Assembly: GCA_009859145.1 (NCBI GenBank)
Contig: VRVR01000027.1
Span: forward strand, 257,974 to 321,973
Length of the DNA: 64,000 nucleotides
Reading direction: 5' to 3'
From: Andalucia godoyi And28
Lineage: Eukaryota; Protista; Jakobida
Below, piece after piece: positions 31,947-42,991 of this stretch (within the stretch, counting starts at the first letter, position 1; each line of letters begins with the position of its first letter). The notes under the pieces were generated by a model that had not been told where the DNA came from, made no database searches, and worked only from the letters and a program-made list of their open reading frames with translations. Both the position numbers and the translations under genes were made by a program.

Positions 31947-33023
31947 TCATCCATCTGCGATCGCGTTCCTATCATGATATGCATTCGAATTCGAAGCTTC
32001 GTTGTTTCGAGACAGTCGACTCGCATTTTGCACATATGTGCGGTGTTTCTCTGCGAGCATACGGCGTTTCTGGATCTTCTTCTTCTTCAAGCCGTGGTGG
32101 CGGCCCAGCGTCAGTTTCGGGCGACTGCGGTTCGATGATTCAGCGTTGAGCTGTTCGTCAGAATCGTTCGGCATTTCTTCAGAAGCTTCGTCTTCTGTTT
32201 CAGTTTCCGGAACGGACTGGTCGGGGTCGGGTGCGGGGGCAGAAGTGACATCCGCATCGTCTGGAGGCGCCTCGGTATACAGCCACTGATGAATCTCCGA
32301 AAGCACTTCGACTGCCATGTAGTCGACCATGCGCCCAGCAGGGAACTGGGTCAGGCGTCGAAACAATTCATACTCCGCGTACAGCTTTCCCAGCCAGAGA
32401 TACTGGTTCATTCGGTGGCAGCTCGGAATCGCGTTCATGAACTCGACTTTTGCAGGACCCGCAAAATCTTGAATCTCTTTGATCATGCGGTCCCTGAGTG
32501 CCTTCATGCTTCCTCTGTCCGCTTTTTTGCCAACCGGTACTTCGGAAAGTGCGGAGAGGGTTTGACGATCCCCTGACTCTTCGTCGTCCTTACTCCTCTT
32601 CACGGCCAGAGCGAACAGGGCGATTGGCAGGATCCGGATGTACTGCCCATGCTCGAAGAAACGCACACATCGATCCAACAGATTTGACAAGGTTGTATCA
32701 GGCCCGAGTATATCTTCCAGCTCCTGGGTCGCCGTGAAGTTGTTGAAACGGGACGCAAGGATAGCGTTTTTCAACGCTCGTATGCGTTGTTCCACGGTCT
32801 GTGTTGCAGGGAATTTTATCACCGAATCGGGCTCGGAACGAGGTTCATCGAATTCTCCCGCACTCTCTGTTGCCACCTTTGCTTTCTCTTCCATGGTTTT
32901 CTGAACCCACTGCATGATTTCCGGGGATGTAATGACGGTTCGTCCTACGCTGACGACGTGCGCTTCCTGGATCGTGATCAATGCTCCGTTGTGGCTGCCC
33001 ACAATTTCAAATCCCTGAGACAT
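31947..33023 (-). CDS. Hypothetical 358-aa protein with acidic and basic C-terminal tracts
   Basis: Long ATG-started ORF with a helical core and a KKKKIQKRR NLS-like stretch. Confidence 0.7.
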   Translation of the reverse strand: MSQGFEIVGSHNGALITIQEAHVVSVGRTVITSPEIMQWVQKTMEEKAKVATESAGEFDEPRSEPDSVIKFPATQTVEQRIRALKNAILASRFNNFTATQELEDILGPDTTLSNLLDRCVRFFEHGQYIRILPIALFALAVKRSKDDEESGDRQTLSALSEVPVGKKADRGSMKALRDRMIKEIQDFAGPAKVEFMNAIPSCHRMNQYLWLGKLYAEYELFRRLTQFPAGRMVDYMAVEVLSEIHQWLYTEAPPDDADVTSAPAPDPDQSVPETETEDEASEEMPNDSDEQLNAESSNRSRPKLTLGRHHGLKKKKIQKRRMLAEKHRTYVQNASRLSRNNEASNSNAYHDRNAIADG

Positions 33024-34074
33024 ATTCGATGCGAATGTTCACAAACTGAAGAAAACAAGAAAATCATCTCCATGATAAGTTGTCCTGCGTATGTTTATAT
33101 ATGCTGTGAGTTACGCGGGTTGTATTTCCGAGACGGACTGGAATGCGCTTGCTCATCGTTCCAGACTTCGGGAAACGAAAGCTGAAGTCATTCTGCTTGT
33201 AACCTCGGACTGGATCTGCTCCGCTGAAATGACCCGGATTTCCACGATCTACCGTAAACTGTGCTTTCCTATTTCAAAAGCTGAGCCCGTCGAAACAAAT
33301 TGTAAATGTGTTTTCTTCTCGAAAGGCGTGCCTTTCTTGTTAATGGATTGAATCGAACCTTTTTCGTCTTTTGGTCTCTTTATGTGATTCACAAGCGTCG
33401 CATCCCGTCGAGGTCAGCGCTCACTAGCATTTAACGGAAAATGAGAAGCGGTGGACCCGTCATGGCAAGGCATTTCTTTTCTCAATTAGAAAAGAGTTGT
33501 TACATAAACCATGAAGGTCCGAACGGACCAGCACCATTCTTACATTGCTCAGAGGTCAACCGTAAACCAGAAGCGTCTCCACCTTGTTCAATTAGTAAAC
33601 CGAGATGCCTCGTGCCTCATCAGATCGGGATGGACCAGCACACTGCAATCACTGCTGATCATGCACACAGAAATCGAAACTGTCTCCTTCGAGCTCAATG
33701 AGAAAAACAGATGCTTCGTATCTCATGAGATAGCATAAGCCTGATGCTCCAAGGTTGAGTATGTACTTTCACCACTGCATCGAGGATCAAGCAGATGATT
33801 GACGTGTTCGTCCGCTAACGCTTTCTATTTTACCAGAGGAATGTTTTGCGTGTTGCATGAACGAAAAAGAAAAGGCGGTTCTACAACAGATTCTCATCCG
33901 CTTTGATTAGCAGGCCAAACGATTCTCCCGGGCAACCGAGATTATCTGTACACGGCGTGTACCGATCTTCACTGAATTGAACGGAACTAGACAGATCGAT
34001 GCACAGGATGCGTTTATTAGTAACGAACAGGGAAAGTAACGCACCGTGTTCTGTCAAGCAGAACCAAGACGGGA

Positions 34075-35085
34075 CTATGCCTTGGGTCGAGGACTGCGCT
34101 CGACCTTGTGAGTTTTCAGCGTCGTGAGAAAAGACGCTACAAGACGGTAAATGCCGTTCAGCTCGTCATCATTTGACACAGTAAACTTGATCCAGAAGGG
34201 CTTCTTGCGTTGGACGGGAGTCTTCCGCTTCTTGGAGGACTGCGCGGCCTTCTTTGCTTCCTGATGCTTCGAGGCGGCATGTTCGTCAGCGGCACCAGTC
34301 GTTCCCTGAAGAGATCCTGCGCCACGGTTGTCATCCACGTCTTCATCGTGCGCATCTGATTCAGAGCCTTCGCCTCCGTCTTCGTCAGAAGACGCGTTCT
34401 CGCTTACTTTGCGACGCAGGACCGCTGATGACGCCTTGAGCTGAGACAATTTTTCCGCTACCTTGGCATCTGACATCCGTTCGCAAGCCTGCTTCACAGA
34501 AGCCTTGGACAATGACGAAGAGGCCACATGGTCGGAGGTGGTGGCAAAGCGATTGCCATCCTTCAAGCGCTTCTGCGGAAGAGGCTCCGGGTCCTCCTGA
34601 TCGTCGTCCGTTCCGGAGGCTAAGGCATCATCATCGTCAGCGCGGCGCTTCGCTTTCATCGGCGCTTTGCCACGCATTCCAGACGAAGGCTTGTTCTCGG
34701 CATCTTCGTCCGATGTCACGTCGCGAGGGCGCTTGACAGGAGTCTTGGGCAAGGACGTCTGCGGACGAGGCTTCGGGATTTCCTGCGCGTCATCGAGCTC
34801 CAAGGTTGGCATATCATCGTCGTCAACGCGGCGCTTCGCGTTCATGGGCGCCTTGTCACGCACGCCAGCTGAAAGCTCGCCCTCGATCTCTTCATCAGAG
34901 ATTGTTTTGCGAGGACGATTGACAGGAGCCGTCGGTGACTTCGGAGACATCTTGGAAACCGACTGCAGGGGAGAACGCTTGGAATCGTGCGCCGCCGGCT
35001 TGGAATGAGGGAGAATCGTCTCATCACGAACGGTGGACTGATCACGAGGCTTGTTGCTGGACACAGGTGAATTGTTGGAGCTCAT
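34075..35085 (-). CDS. Low-complexity charged protein with an internal ~60-aa duplication
   Basis: ATG at 35085 (MSSNNSP). Two copies of RPRxxxSDE...KAPMxAKRRxDDDD. Confidence 0.65.
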   Translation of the reverse strand: MSSNNSPVSSNKPRDQSTVRDETILPHSKPAAHDSKRSPLQSVSKMSPKSPTAPVNRPRKTISDEEIEGELSAGVRDKAPMNAKRRVDDDDMPTLELDDAQEIPKPRPQTSLPKTPVKRPRDVTSDEDAENKPSSGMRGKAPMKAKRRADDDDALASGTDDDQEDPEPLPQKRLKDGNRFATTSDHVASSSLSKASVKQACERMSDAKVAEKLSQLKASSAVLRRKVSENASSDEDGGEGSESDAHDEDVDDNRGAGSLQGTTGAADEHAASKHQEAKKAAQSSKKRKTPVQRKKPFWIKFTVSNDDELNGIYRLVASFLTTLKTHKVERSPRPKA

Positions 35086-35627
35086 GGCTTCTGTTGTTTT
35101 CGTTGGGTTGGGATGGAAGAAGGAAGGAAGAGGGGTTTTGAGTAAACGAAAAGAAAAAAGAGAAAGAAGGGATTGCGAAAACATGCTGCACATCTGATTT
35201 ATAAATGTTACGCAAGACCGCGGCAAGCGCCACCACATTCGGACTTCTTTTGAAAGAAAGTGAAGTCGTGCAGATGCGTGCAGAAGTAGACTGCAGAGTC
35301 AAGGAGATGCGAGCAGTCTTTCCACAAGCGTTTGCCCATTTTGTCAGTCATTTGAAAGTCGTGCAGGTACGAGCAGATGAAGGAAAGCTGTCTGAGCAGA
35401 TCTTCCCAAGAAAAAACACGATTCTCTGCCCAAAGGAAACTCGAAAGAAATGTTGTCTCTCTCGTCATGGAAACGTATCACGTGGAGCATATCTTCGATT
35501 TGTAGTTCTTTCAGATTTATTTCCTATTTATCGCTTGTGAATATCCTCGAGCATATCAATCATCTGCGTTGCTCCAAACCCAATTCTACGTGTAAATGAT
35601 TCTCATTTGTGAATTTGAGTCCTCTAT

Positions 35628-36650
35628 TTACATATTAAATTCAAGATGAGAAGCTGTCCATAATAAATTCGACAGTTGGGCGTACCCGGCTTCCACAATC
35701 CTCCACGCGAATATTACGTGAAGAATGAGGATTATGAAAAGAAGCGAGCACAGAGCATCGATGATGCAAAAGAAAACCTTGTGGCAGATCAAGTCTGCCT
35801 GTTCTGATTCCACGCATCGGTGTTTGCGGGACAGAACGCGGAAGGGTTGGCTCTTCACTGAAAAGAATGTCCCTTCCGCAAAGATGGAGACCACGAGTCG
35901 AAGATCCCGTTTCTCTCGAACAGTGGCGTGTTTGAAGCAGAAGTGATGAGAGCCATACAGCTCAATCAATCTGGTCCATGGATTGTAGCCAGTAGATAAA
36001 GGCATCGCGGAGAGGTTGCTACAAAACTCGCCAGTCTCAAAATCAACCAGTGATCCTGATTTAACATCCTCGAGAGTCAAGAAAGCGGTGACCGGGGAGG
36101 AGAACCACGGTGAGGCAATGAATACAGACACACGACCGTCCCTTCCTTCAAGCACTTCTCGCTTACTTCCCAGGACTGGAAGATATCCAGCGCTGAGGTC
36201 AAAAGCAGATTCATGTTGCCATGAGACGCACACTGTCAATGGAACACCATTCACAGTATGTCCGAGCGTCTCACCCATCGCACCGCATACAGACTGTGGC
36301 CAAGATGCAGCTGGGATACTTGACGTCGAGACGAGACGAGCAACATCATGCTCAGAAATCTGATCCGGTGTCCCGACAGATTCACAGTTTGTCGAAACTG
36401 CATCCACGGACAGGTCGCTCGTGACATCAGAATCACTGACGTCGTATCCAGTATCCACAGGCTCTGTCATCGAATGTGGTACCGTTGGATCAACATTGTC
36501 CAACCCCTGATTGGGGGTCTGCGTAACAGGAGCGTCTGCGGATACCTCCTTTTCTGCGAAAAGACTGCCAAAGCTGTCAAACAGACCGGGGCTATCTATC
36601 GCATCATTCTCAAGGTTCCACAGCGGAAGTGAATAATCGTCGATCGTCAT
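35628..36650 (-). CDS. Hypothetical protein, possibly a transcription factor (acidic N-terminus plus beta-rich domain); 3' end may be spliced
   Basis: ATG at 36650. Acidic S/D/T-rich first ~110 aa, then a beta-strand-rich domain ending LRLVV...VKSQPFRVLSRK. That pattern is seen in Ig-fold DNA-binding domains (inference). Confidence 0.5.
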   Translation of the reverse strand: MTIDDYSLPLWNLENDAIDSPGLFDSFGSLFAEKEVSADAPVTQTPNQGLDNVDPTVPHSMTEPVDTGYDVSDSDVTSDLSVDAVSTNCESVGTPDQISEHDVARLVSTSSIPAASWPQSVCGAMGETLGHTVNGVPLTVCVSWQHESAFDLSAGYLPVLGSKREVLEGRDGRVSVFIASPWFSSPVTAFLTLEDVKSGSLVDFETGEFCSNLSAMPLSTGYNPWTRLIELYGSHHFCFKHATVREKRDLRLVVSIFAEGTFFSVKSQPFRVLSRKHRCVESEQADLICHKVFFCIIDALCSLLFIILILHVIFAWRIVEAGYAQLSNLLWTASHLEFNM

Positions 36651-36847
36651 TGTTCGCGGGTTTAAATAGTAAAAACAGGAGAAAGGAGAAAATAAGAAGG
36701 GGGGAAAAAAAGAGAAGAAAAGAAAAAGGAAAGAATTTTTTTTTGGTTCTGGTTTTGTTTCTGCAGAACAAAAGAATGACACCAATCCGTACCGGCCTAC
36801 CAGGCGCATACCCCCCTGTTTTGACGGACAACAGGGTTTTCGCAGAG

Positions 36848-38599
36848 TCACAAACGGTGCGTCCGCACGTGCCTGTTCGAAATCGACTGACTCACTTGAG
36901 GCGTTCCTCTCGCAAGACCTCGTTTTCCTCGAAATCTCAGTTGCAAGCGGTCCTCTGTAACGAAAGCGCGTATCATGGCCCCCAGTCCAAGAGCATCGTG
37001 GACAACAATATGAGCCACATTGTCTATGCTAGGATCGAGTCCTTGGGTATCTGGAGAAAATGCTCGGATCACTCTGCCAATAAGCTGGTCCAAAGGTGCT
37101 TGTGATGCGAACGGCCGACAGATGCCACAGATGGAGAGACTTTTCAAATCAAAGCCTTCTCCTAGGGTTCCCACGTGCACAACAGCGTCATATCCCCCTT
37201 CTCGGAAGTTTCGCAAGTCATTGGAAGATCTTAGTTGCATCGGGTAGCATGGAATATTTCTAGATCCGATTGCAATTGCTTTGAATCGCTCATCGCCGTT
37301 CTCTGCATGAGAATTAAAGATTTCTTGAAGCTGGATTGCGTGTTGCAAATCCATGGCTTGCAGAATCGCCTGGTGGTGAATCGACGTCCCCGGTCTGTTC
37401 TTCTCTCTCAATAACTGCAGTACACGTTCCACGGTCCATTCCATGGTTGCTCGCGATCGTGCTACACTGTTTCGAACCCATTTCAAGTATCCTGCTCGTC
37501 GGACTTTTTCACAAGAGTTGAACACAATAGGTTTTTCACATGGCTTTGATGCAAGAAATATCAGCTCGGATACTTCGATGGTTTCCACGACGAGTTGTTT
37601 CCAGGCCCTTTCTTCAAATGCTTGCTTTCGTGGACAGCGGTAAATGAGTGTCGCGTCCAACTGCGTTCCGTCTGCGCGATGCGGTGTTCCGGTCATGTAC
37701 ACGAGCCTTGCAGTGACGAAGTGCTTGCGGATCTGGCGATAAGTGCAAGAGGTGGCGTGGTGCGCTTCATCCACGATGATGAGATCGAAGTAGTCTCGCG
37801 GAAGCTGTTGAAGTGATCCTCTCGTATTCTGCAAGCGATGTCGTGTTGTAATTATGAAATCACAATCACGAAGTTGATTTAAACAACTCGGGTCTGCAGC
37901 AACGACCTCCAGGCTTGCCAATTCACGCATGGTCTCTGGATTCCCGTTCGCGCTCACAATCACTCCAATCGAGGGATGTCGACTATCCGTGGAAAGGACT
38001 CTAATGTTTCGGATGAAGCACTTCGCTGACTTCCATGCGGCATTCCTCACAGCTTCGCGAGCAATTTCTCGGTTTGGAGCGACGAAGAGCACTCGTCCAT
38101 TCACCATACCGAACGGAAGAGTCATTGCGATCCCTGTTTTACCCATCCCCATTGGAAGGTGAATCAATGCTGGTTTGTTGCGCTCTGCGCGAATTCTTGT
38201 CTGCCTCTGCACTCCTCTCAGTTCCGTTTCGAGGCGATCATCTCTCTCCCTGTCGTTTTCCGCAAGCTTGTTTTTCAGAAGATGTTCCTTTTCCACGAAA
38301 GTTCGAATGACGTTCAGATCATCCTCGATCTTCAGCTGGTGAAAATGCAAATGAACTGCTGCAATTGCTTCTCGCTGTGCTCCTCGCAATTGCGTCTTGT
38401 CTATGCGCTGACTCCATACATCTGGGTATGGGGCGCGAATGCAAGACTGCGCATCTGGATCGGGAGTATGTCTGCGTTCTGATGCTTCCGGGTTTACGCT
38501 TCTTCCTATGCCTCCTGTCGTACGGAAGACTGGTGACTTCGGGCCGATCGCTGCAGGTTGGAGTTGACCACTGTTCTGTTGCGCACCTATACCGTTCAT
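36848..38599 (-). CDS. Superfamily 2 DEAH helicase, ResIII/Irc3-like
   Basis: LRGAQREAI, LPMGMGKT, VLFVAPNREI, IIVDEAHHA, MTGTPHRADG, VGTLGEGFDL, QLIGRVIR. Confidence 0.88.
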   Translation of the reverse strand: MNGIGAQQNSGQLQPAAIGPKSPVFRTTGGIGRSVNPEASERRHTPDPDAQSCIRAPYPDVWSQRIDKTQLRGAQREAIAAVHLHFHQLKIEDDLNVIRTFVEKEHLLKNKLAENDRERDDRLETELRGVQRQTRIRAERNKPALIHLPMGMGKTGIAMTLPFGMVNGRVLFVAPNREIAREAVRNAAWKSAKCFIRNIRVLSTDSRHPSIGVIVSANGNPETMRELASLEVVAADPSCLNQLRDCDFIITTRHRLQNTRGSLQQLPRDYFDLIIVDEAHHATSCTYRQIRKHFVTARLVYMTGTPHRADGTQLDATLIYRCPRKQAFEERAWKQLVVETIEVSELIFLASKPCEKPIVFNSCEKVRRAGYLKWVRNSVARSRATMEWTVERVLQLLREKNRPGTSIHHQAILQAMDLQHAIQLQEIFNSHAENGDERFKAIAIGSRNIPCYPMQLRSSNDLRNFREGGYDAVVHVGTLGEGFDLKSLSICGICRPFASQAPLDQLIGRVIRAFSPDTQGLDPSIDNVAHIVVHDALGLGAMIRAFVTEDRLQLRFRGKRGLARGTPQVSQSISNRHVRTHRL

Positions 38600-38924
38600 T
38601 TTCTTAAGAAGTGGATCACTCGAATCGAGTAAAACCTTACAACTGAACCGTTTGCTTTTGCTTGACCGTCTTTAAAAATGCTCTCTGGGAACGAATTCGA
38701 TTCTCCAGGAAATCTCAGTCCGCGTCTGATCATACCTGCACGACTGTCGTTCACATCTGCTTGTACGTCGACGACAGAGCGAATTTCTTTTCGAAGCTTC
38801 GATCGGTCCGTTTAAAAGTTTGAAGTGACAAGACGTACATTATAGCACAATTCTTTTTGGCTTTTTATCGTTGTTGCATCGTTCTTCTTTCTCCGAAACA
38901 AGAACAGAAGATAACAGGAAACGA

Positions 38925-39200
38925 ATGGTGAATTGAAAAAAAGGCAAGATACACAAAATTGGAGGCCAACCAGCCCGATCAAATCTTCATTGGATCAATA
39001 ACACGTTGGACACCAGCCGAAACGCAAGCACAGCACAAACTTGCGTATAAAGCATGGAAACAAGAGAAGAAGCTAAAATACAAATAAATCGAATTCATTG
39101 ACCAGTACGAACCCGATAATTGCCGTATCATTCTCCTTGAAGAACACCTGGAGAAACCAGGGTCCAGCTGAATGCAAGAAAACAGGCATCGATCGATAAT
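38925..39200 (+). pseudogene. Decayed GIY-YIG-like endonuclease, paralogue of 40228-40548
   Basis: MVN*KKGKIH, frameshift, then KLEANQPDQIFIGSITR...K*IEFIDQYEPDNCRIILLEE. It aligns throughout with the intact copy. Confidence 0.85.
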
Positions 39201-39350
39201 CCAAAAAAAATTGCAGAAACGTAACCAAGATCTTGCACAATAAACCCTGCATTCAAAACGTAAACAATTCAAAGATCCCAAGTCTTGTCAGCTCAACGAT
39301 CGCTGCTTTCCTGAAAGACCTCAGCGAGGCAGCAGAGCACAAACACCAGT

Positions 39351-39845
39351 CTTACGTAAAATCGAGATCATCTCCGTCCGACCTTCCGGTCCTGCTGAAT
39401 TACCGGAGCGACTGAAGGTCATGGAGACCACGACGACCATGCTTATGTAAAGCTTATGTAAAATCGAGATCACACCCGTCCGACCTGCCGGTCCTCCTGA
39501 CCGACCGGAGCAGCTGAAGGTCATGCAGACCCAGACGACCATGCTTATGTAAAGCTTATGTAAAATCGAGATGCACTCCGTCGCCGACGTCCCGTCCTCC
39601 TGAACAGCCTGAGTGACTGAAGGTCATGCAGACCCAGACGACCGTGCTTATGTAAAATCGAGATGCGCTTCGTCGCCGACGTCCGGTCCTGCTGAACAGC
39701 CTGAGTGACTGAAGGTCATGCAGACCCAGACGACCGTGCTTATGTAAAATCGAGATGCGCTTCGTCGCCGACCTGCCGGTCCTCCTGACCGACCGGAGCA
39801 GCTGAAGGTCATGCAGACCCAGACGACCATGCTTATGTAAATTCG
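39351..39845. repeat. Array 1 of the ~91-bp repeat family (5 units plus a partial)
   Basis: Unit CTTATGTAAAATCGAGAT...GTCCGACC...CCTCCTGA...CTGAAGGTC...GACCCAGA.GACCATG. Two junctions carry an extra 11-bp CTTATGTAAAG. Confidence 0.95.
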
Positions 39846-40227
39846 AAAGCACGTTCTCTTTGACAAGGGGTGTGTGTGCTTGAGTCACTATTGATACGGA
39901 TCATGACATCTGTTCCTCCAAACAGGTCGCCTTTCGGGACCCCAACTGTCCTGTTTCTCTAAATTTGGATCGCTACAAACGAGAGGCTTCTTTCCCCGAC
40001 ATGACTCGCGTTCTACGTGCTGAGCATTTCGATCTTAATTGTTGCACAAGTTTTCAACTTTCCATACTCTCCGGGAATCGTCGAGCATTAAGGGATTGAG
40101 GTTTGAAGTGACTAAACCTTACGAATGGTGCAACTGCTGAGTTGTTTCAGAACGGGTGTGGTTCCTGCTCTATTCTACAAAACCAAAAACAATACAAAAA
40201 GGTATCTTATTTCTGAGACGAAACGAG

Positions 40228-40548
40228 ATGGTGAACTATCAACAAAGCAAGATATACAAACTGGTGGCAAACAAGCCCGACCAATTCTTCATTGGATCAA
40301 CAACTTGTCGGACATTGGCTGAAAGACTGTCACATCACAAATTTATGTACAAAATGTGGAAGGAAGGAAAGGGGTCAACATGCAAATCGACCGAATTCAT
40401 TGACCAGCACGGACCAGATAACTGCCATATCTTTCTTCTCGAAGATTACCCTTGTGAAACCAAAGACCAACTCAATGCAAGAAAACAATTGTGGATCGAA
40501 AATCCAGTGTCTTTCCAGATCAAAGAGCTCGGTAATCCCAGTATTTAA
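40228..40548 (+). CDS. GIY-YIG-like endonuclease of the type common in large DNA viruses
   Basis: YQQSKIYKL...FFIGSTT..TLAERLSHH...DNCHIFLLEDYPCETKDQLNAR matches the KIYKI-YIGST-LxxR-IELIExYPC pattern. Confidence 0.75.
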   Translation: MVNYQQSKIYKLVANKPDQFFIGSTTCRTLAERLSHHKFMYKMWKEGKGSTCKSTEFIDQHGPDNCHIFLLEDYPCETKDQLNARKQLWIENPVSFQIKELGNPSI

Positions 40549-41391
40549 ATGTTAACCCGCGTTTAACCGTGAAATCCCCTTTTTTTTGTTTTGTGAATCC
40601 GGTGCGGCGTGGTCAGTCCTGCAGGCGTGTTGCTCAGTGATGTTGAGATGCAAGAACCGGGGCATTCTCGGTGTCGATGGACATACGCGGAGGGCGTGCT
40701 CTGAGCTTTTTTATGCGTGTGTGTTTCAGATTAAAAAGTGCTGGTCTCAAGTCTAGTCTCATTCGAAGTTCTGGGGGCGTTTCATGACAGGCGGAAGAAC
40801 AAAAGGGTGCAATCAACACGCGGTCGGCATGCGTACGATCAGAATCCGTGTCAAAGCAAAACAAGGCCATGTTTTCTGGGACGATCGTTGATTTCACCGG
40901 ACTTTTGGCAAATTTGGGTTTTAACAAGAGGATTAAAGGAAGGGCAAACCAAAAAAAGAGAATATGCAAGCAGAATTTTTTCCATTGGTGACCGGGGTCC
41001 GAGGCGATCACCACGGTCACCAGTCCCACGCGAGCACAAGAAAGCATGTTTGTTTGCATGGCGTCCTAATTTGGGACTGCTGAGTGCTGACGACTCTCTT
41101 GATTGCGCTCAAACGAAAGAATGGGGCGATCTTGACTGTGTTCCGTATGGTTCATTGGAGCACAGAAACGATTTGCGCACGCTGAGGAGAAGCATGATCA
41201 CATCTTGCAGAACACAACGACGGCTATCCGACTATCTGATCTTTTGGCACTGTGGATTACAGAACACACTCTTTGATTCACGAATCTCCAAGCGCTCAAA
41301 ATGACGGAGGGGTCTAGAGGAAATGGATGAGCCTACAAGAATTCAAATTGACGGACCGGAAAAATGAGAGTAAACAACATAAAAGAAGACC

Positions 41392-42123
41392 ATGTCGGAA
41401 GCTACGGTGCTCGAGGTGTTCATCATTGAATGGAAAGGGTCTTGGTTCATTGGTAGCACGGCGTCCTCGCTTTCTCAGAGAAAGGCAGAATATCGTCGGG
41501 AATGGAAACAAATGTCCAAAATCGAGGATTTGCAGCTTTCTCCTCCATATGACATATTTCAAATGGCTGGCGGAGTTGATGAGGTGAAAATGCGACTGCT
41601 TCGTACATGTACGTGCCGAAACAAGAAGGAGCGGAATGCTATTGTAGAACAGTGCCGCGAAGAAAGGCGCAATCAGGGATCCACAAACTTTCCTTCCTCG
41701 GGCTCTTCATCCTCGTCACATGACAGCACAGGCTCGGAGGAAGAAACTGCAACGCCGATAACAGGCGAGGACGTGCAAGCTGCAGACGAACTCTCGCATT
41801 CATGGATGGAAATGGAGCAAAATGCCGAGGACGATCTGGAAATTATGTCCTCTACATCAGGAGATGAAGCCGTATCATCGACACCAGGTAAGGACGTGCA
41901 ACTGACAAGCTCGCTCCGGTCTCGAAAGAGGGTTTGTGAAGAGATCGACCCGTCAACAATACCAGACAACGAAAAACGGATTTTTTTCAACCCTGGTGTG
42001 AATTGGGATTTGGATTTGGACGGCAAAAAGGGCCCTAATTGGCGAAGAGAATTTGAAGAACAACAACAACGGCTGAAATTGCAAGAGAACATCCGAAAGA
42101 AAGTACGTCTGCCTAGATGGTGA
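41392..42123 (+). CDS. Diverged GIY-YIG-like domain plus an acidic low-complexity tail
   Basis: WFIGSTASSLSQRKAEY and MRLLRTCTCRNKKERNA parallel the same motifs in 40228-40548. Confidence 0.6.
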   Translation: MSEATVLEVFIIEWKGSWFIGSTASSLSQRKAEYRREWKQMSKIEDLQLSPPYDIFQMAGGVDEVKMRLLRTCTCRNKKERNAIVEQCREERRNQGSTNFPSSGSSSSSHDSTGSEEETATPITGEDVQAADELSHSWMEMEQNAEDDLEIMSSTSGDEAVSSTPGKDVQLTSSLRSRKRVCEEIDPSTIPDNEKRIFFNPGVNWDLDLDGKKGPNWRREFEEQQQRLKLQENIRKKVRLPRW

Positions 42124-42530
42124 CTTCGTCTTTCCACATCTTACCCGCGTCCTCCGGAATCCTCGAAATGAAGACTGTGCAAATGCAATAAACAAACTGA
42201 AATTAATCTGTAAACGAAGTGCGATCGCTCTGCTTCCATTAACCCGAACGCAGTTGAATACGACTACAACTCACAGAACATGACCGGACCGAACCGGACC
42301 GAGCAGTGCCTGGTGGACAGGAGCGGATCGAAGCGAAAAGGACCGAACTGAGGAAACAGGACATGATTGAACCTAACAGAATCAAGCCAAACAGGACTGA
42401 ACCAAACCGAACCGGGCCAAGCCAAACCAAACCAAGCAGGACTGAGGTGCAGCTGCACCACGCAATTTCCAGTTGTGCTCGGCTCGACGCACATGTGTTC
42501 AGTTTCCTATGGCCATGCTCTTTAGAAACG

Positions 42531-42991
42531 CCTTTGCTCATTGTTTCTGGGTGTCCTGATCTGGGGATATGGGGATATGGGGATATGGGAACATCTGGGT
42601 GTGAAGGTTCTCTCGTTCCACAACCTTTGCTCATTGTTTCTGGGTGTCCTGATCTGGGGATATGGGGATATGGGGATATGGGAACATCTGGGGATATGGG
42701 AACATCTGGGTGTGAAGGTTCTCTCGTTCCACAACCTTTGCTCATTGTTTCTGGGTGTCCTGATCTGGGGATATGGGGATATGGGGACATGGGAACATCT
42801 GGGGATATGGGAACATCTGGGTGTGAAGGTTCTCTCGTTCCACAACCTTTGCTCATTGTTTCTGGGTGTCCTGATCTGGGGATCTGGGGATATGGGGATA
42901 TGGGAACATCTGGGTGTGAAGGTTCTCTCGTTCCACAACCTTTGCTCATTGTTTCTGGGTGTCCTGATCTGGGGATATGGGGACATCTGGG
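42531..42991. repeat. G-rich minisatellite: units of 93, 111, 111 and 93 bp plus a partial unit
   Basis: Unit CCTTTGCTCATTGTTTCTGGGTGTCCTGATCT(GGGGATAT)3GGGAACATCTGGGTGTGAAGGTTCTCTCGTTCCACAA. The longer units add 18 bp. Confidence 0.95.
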
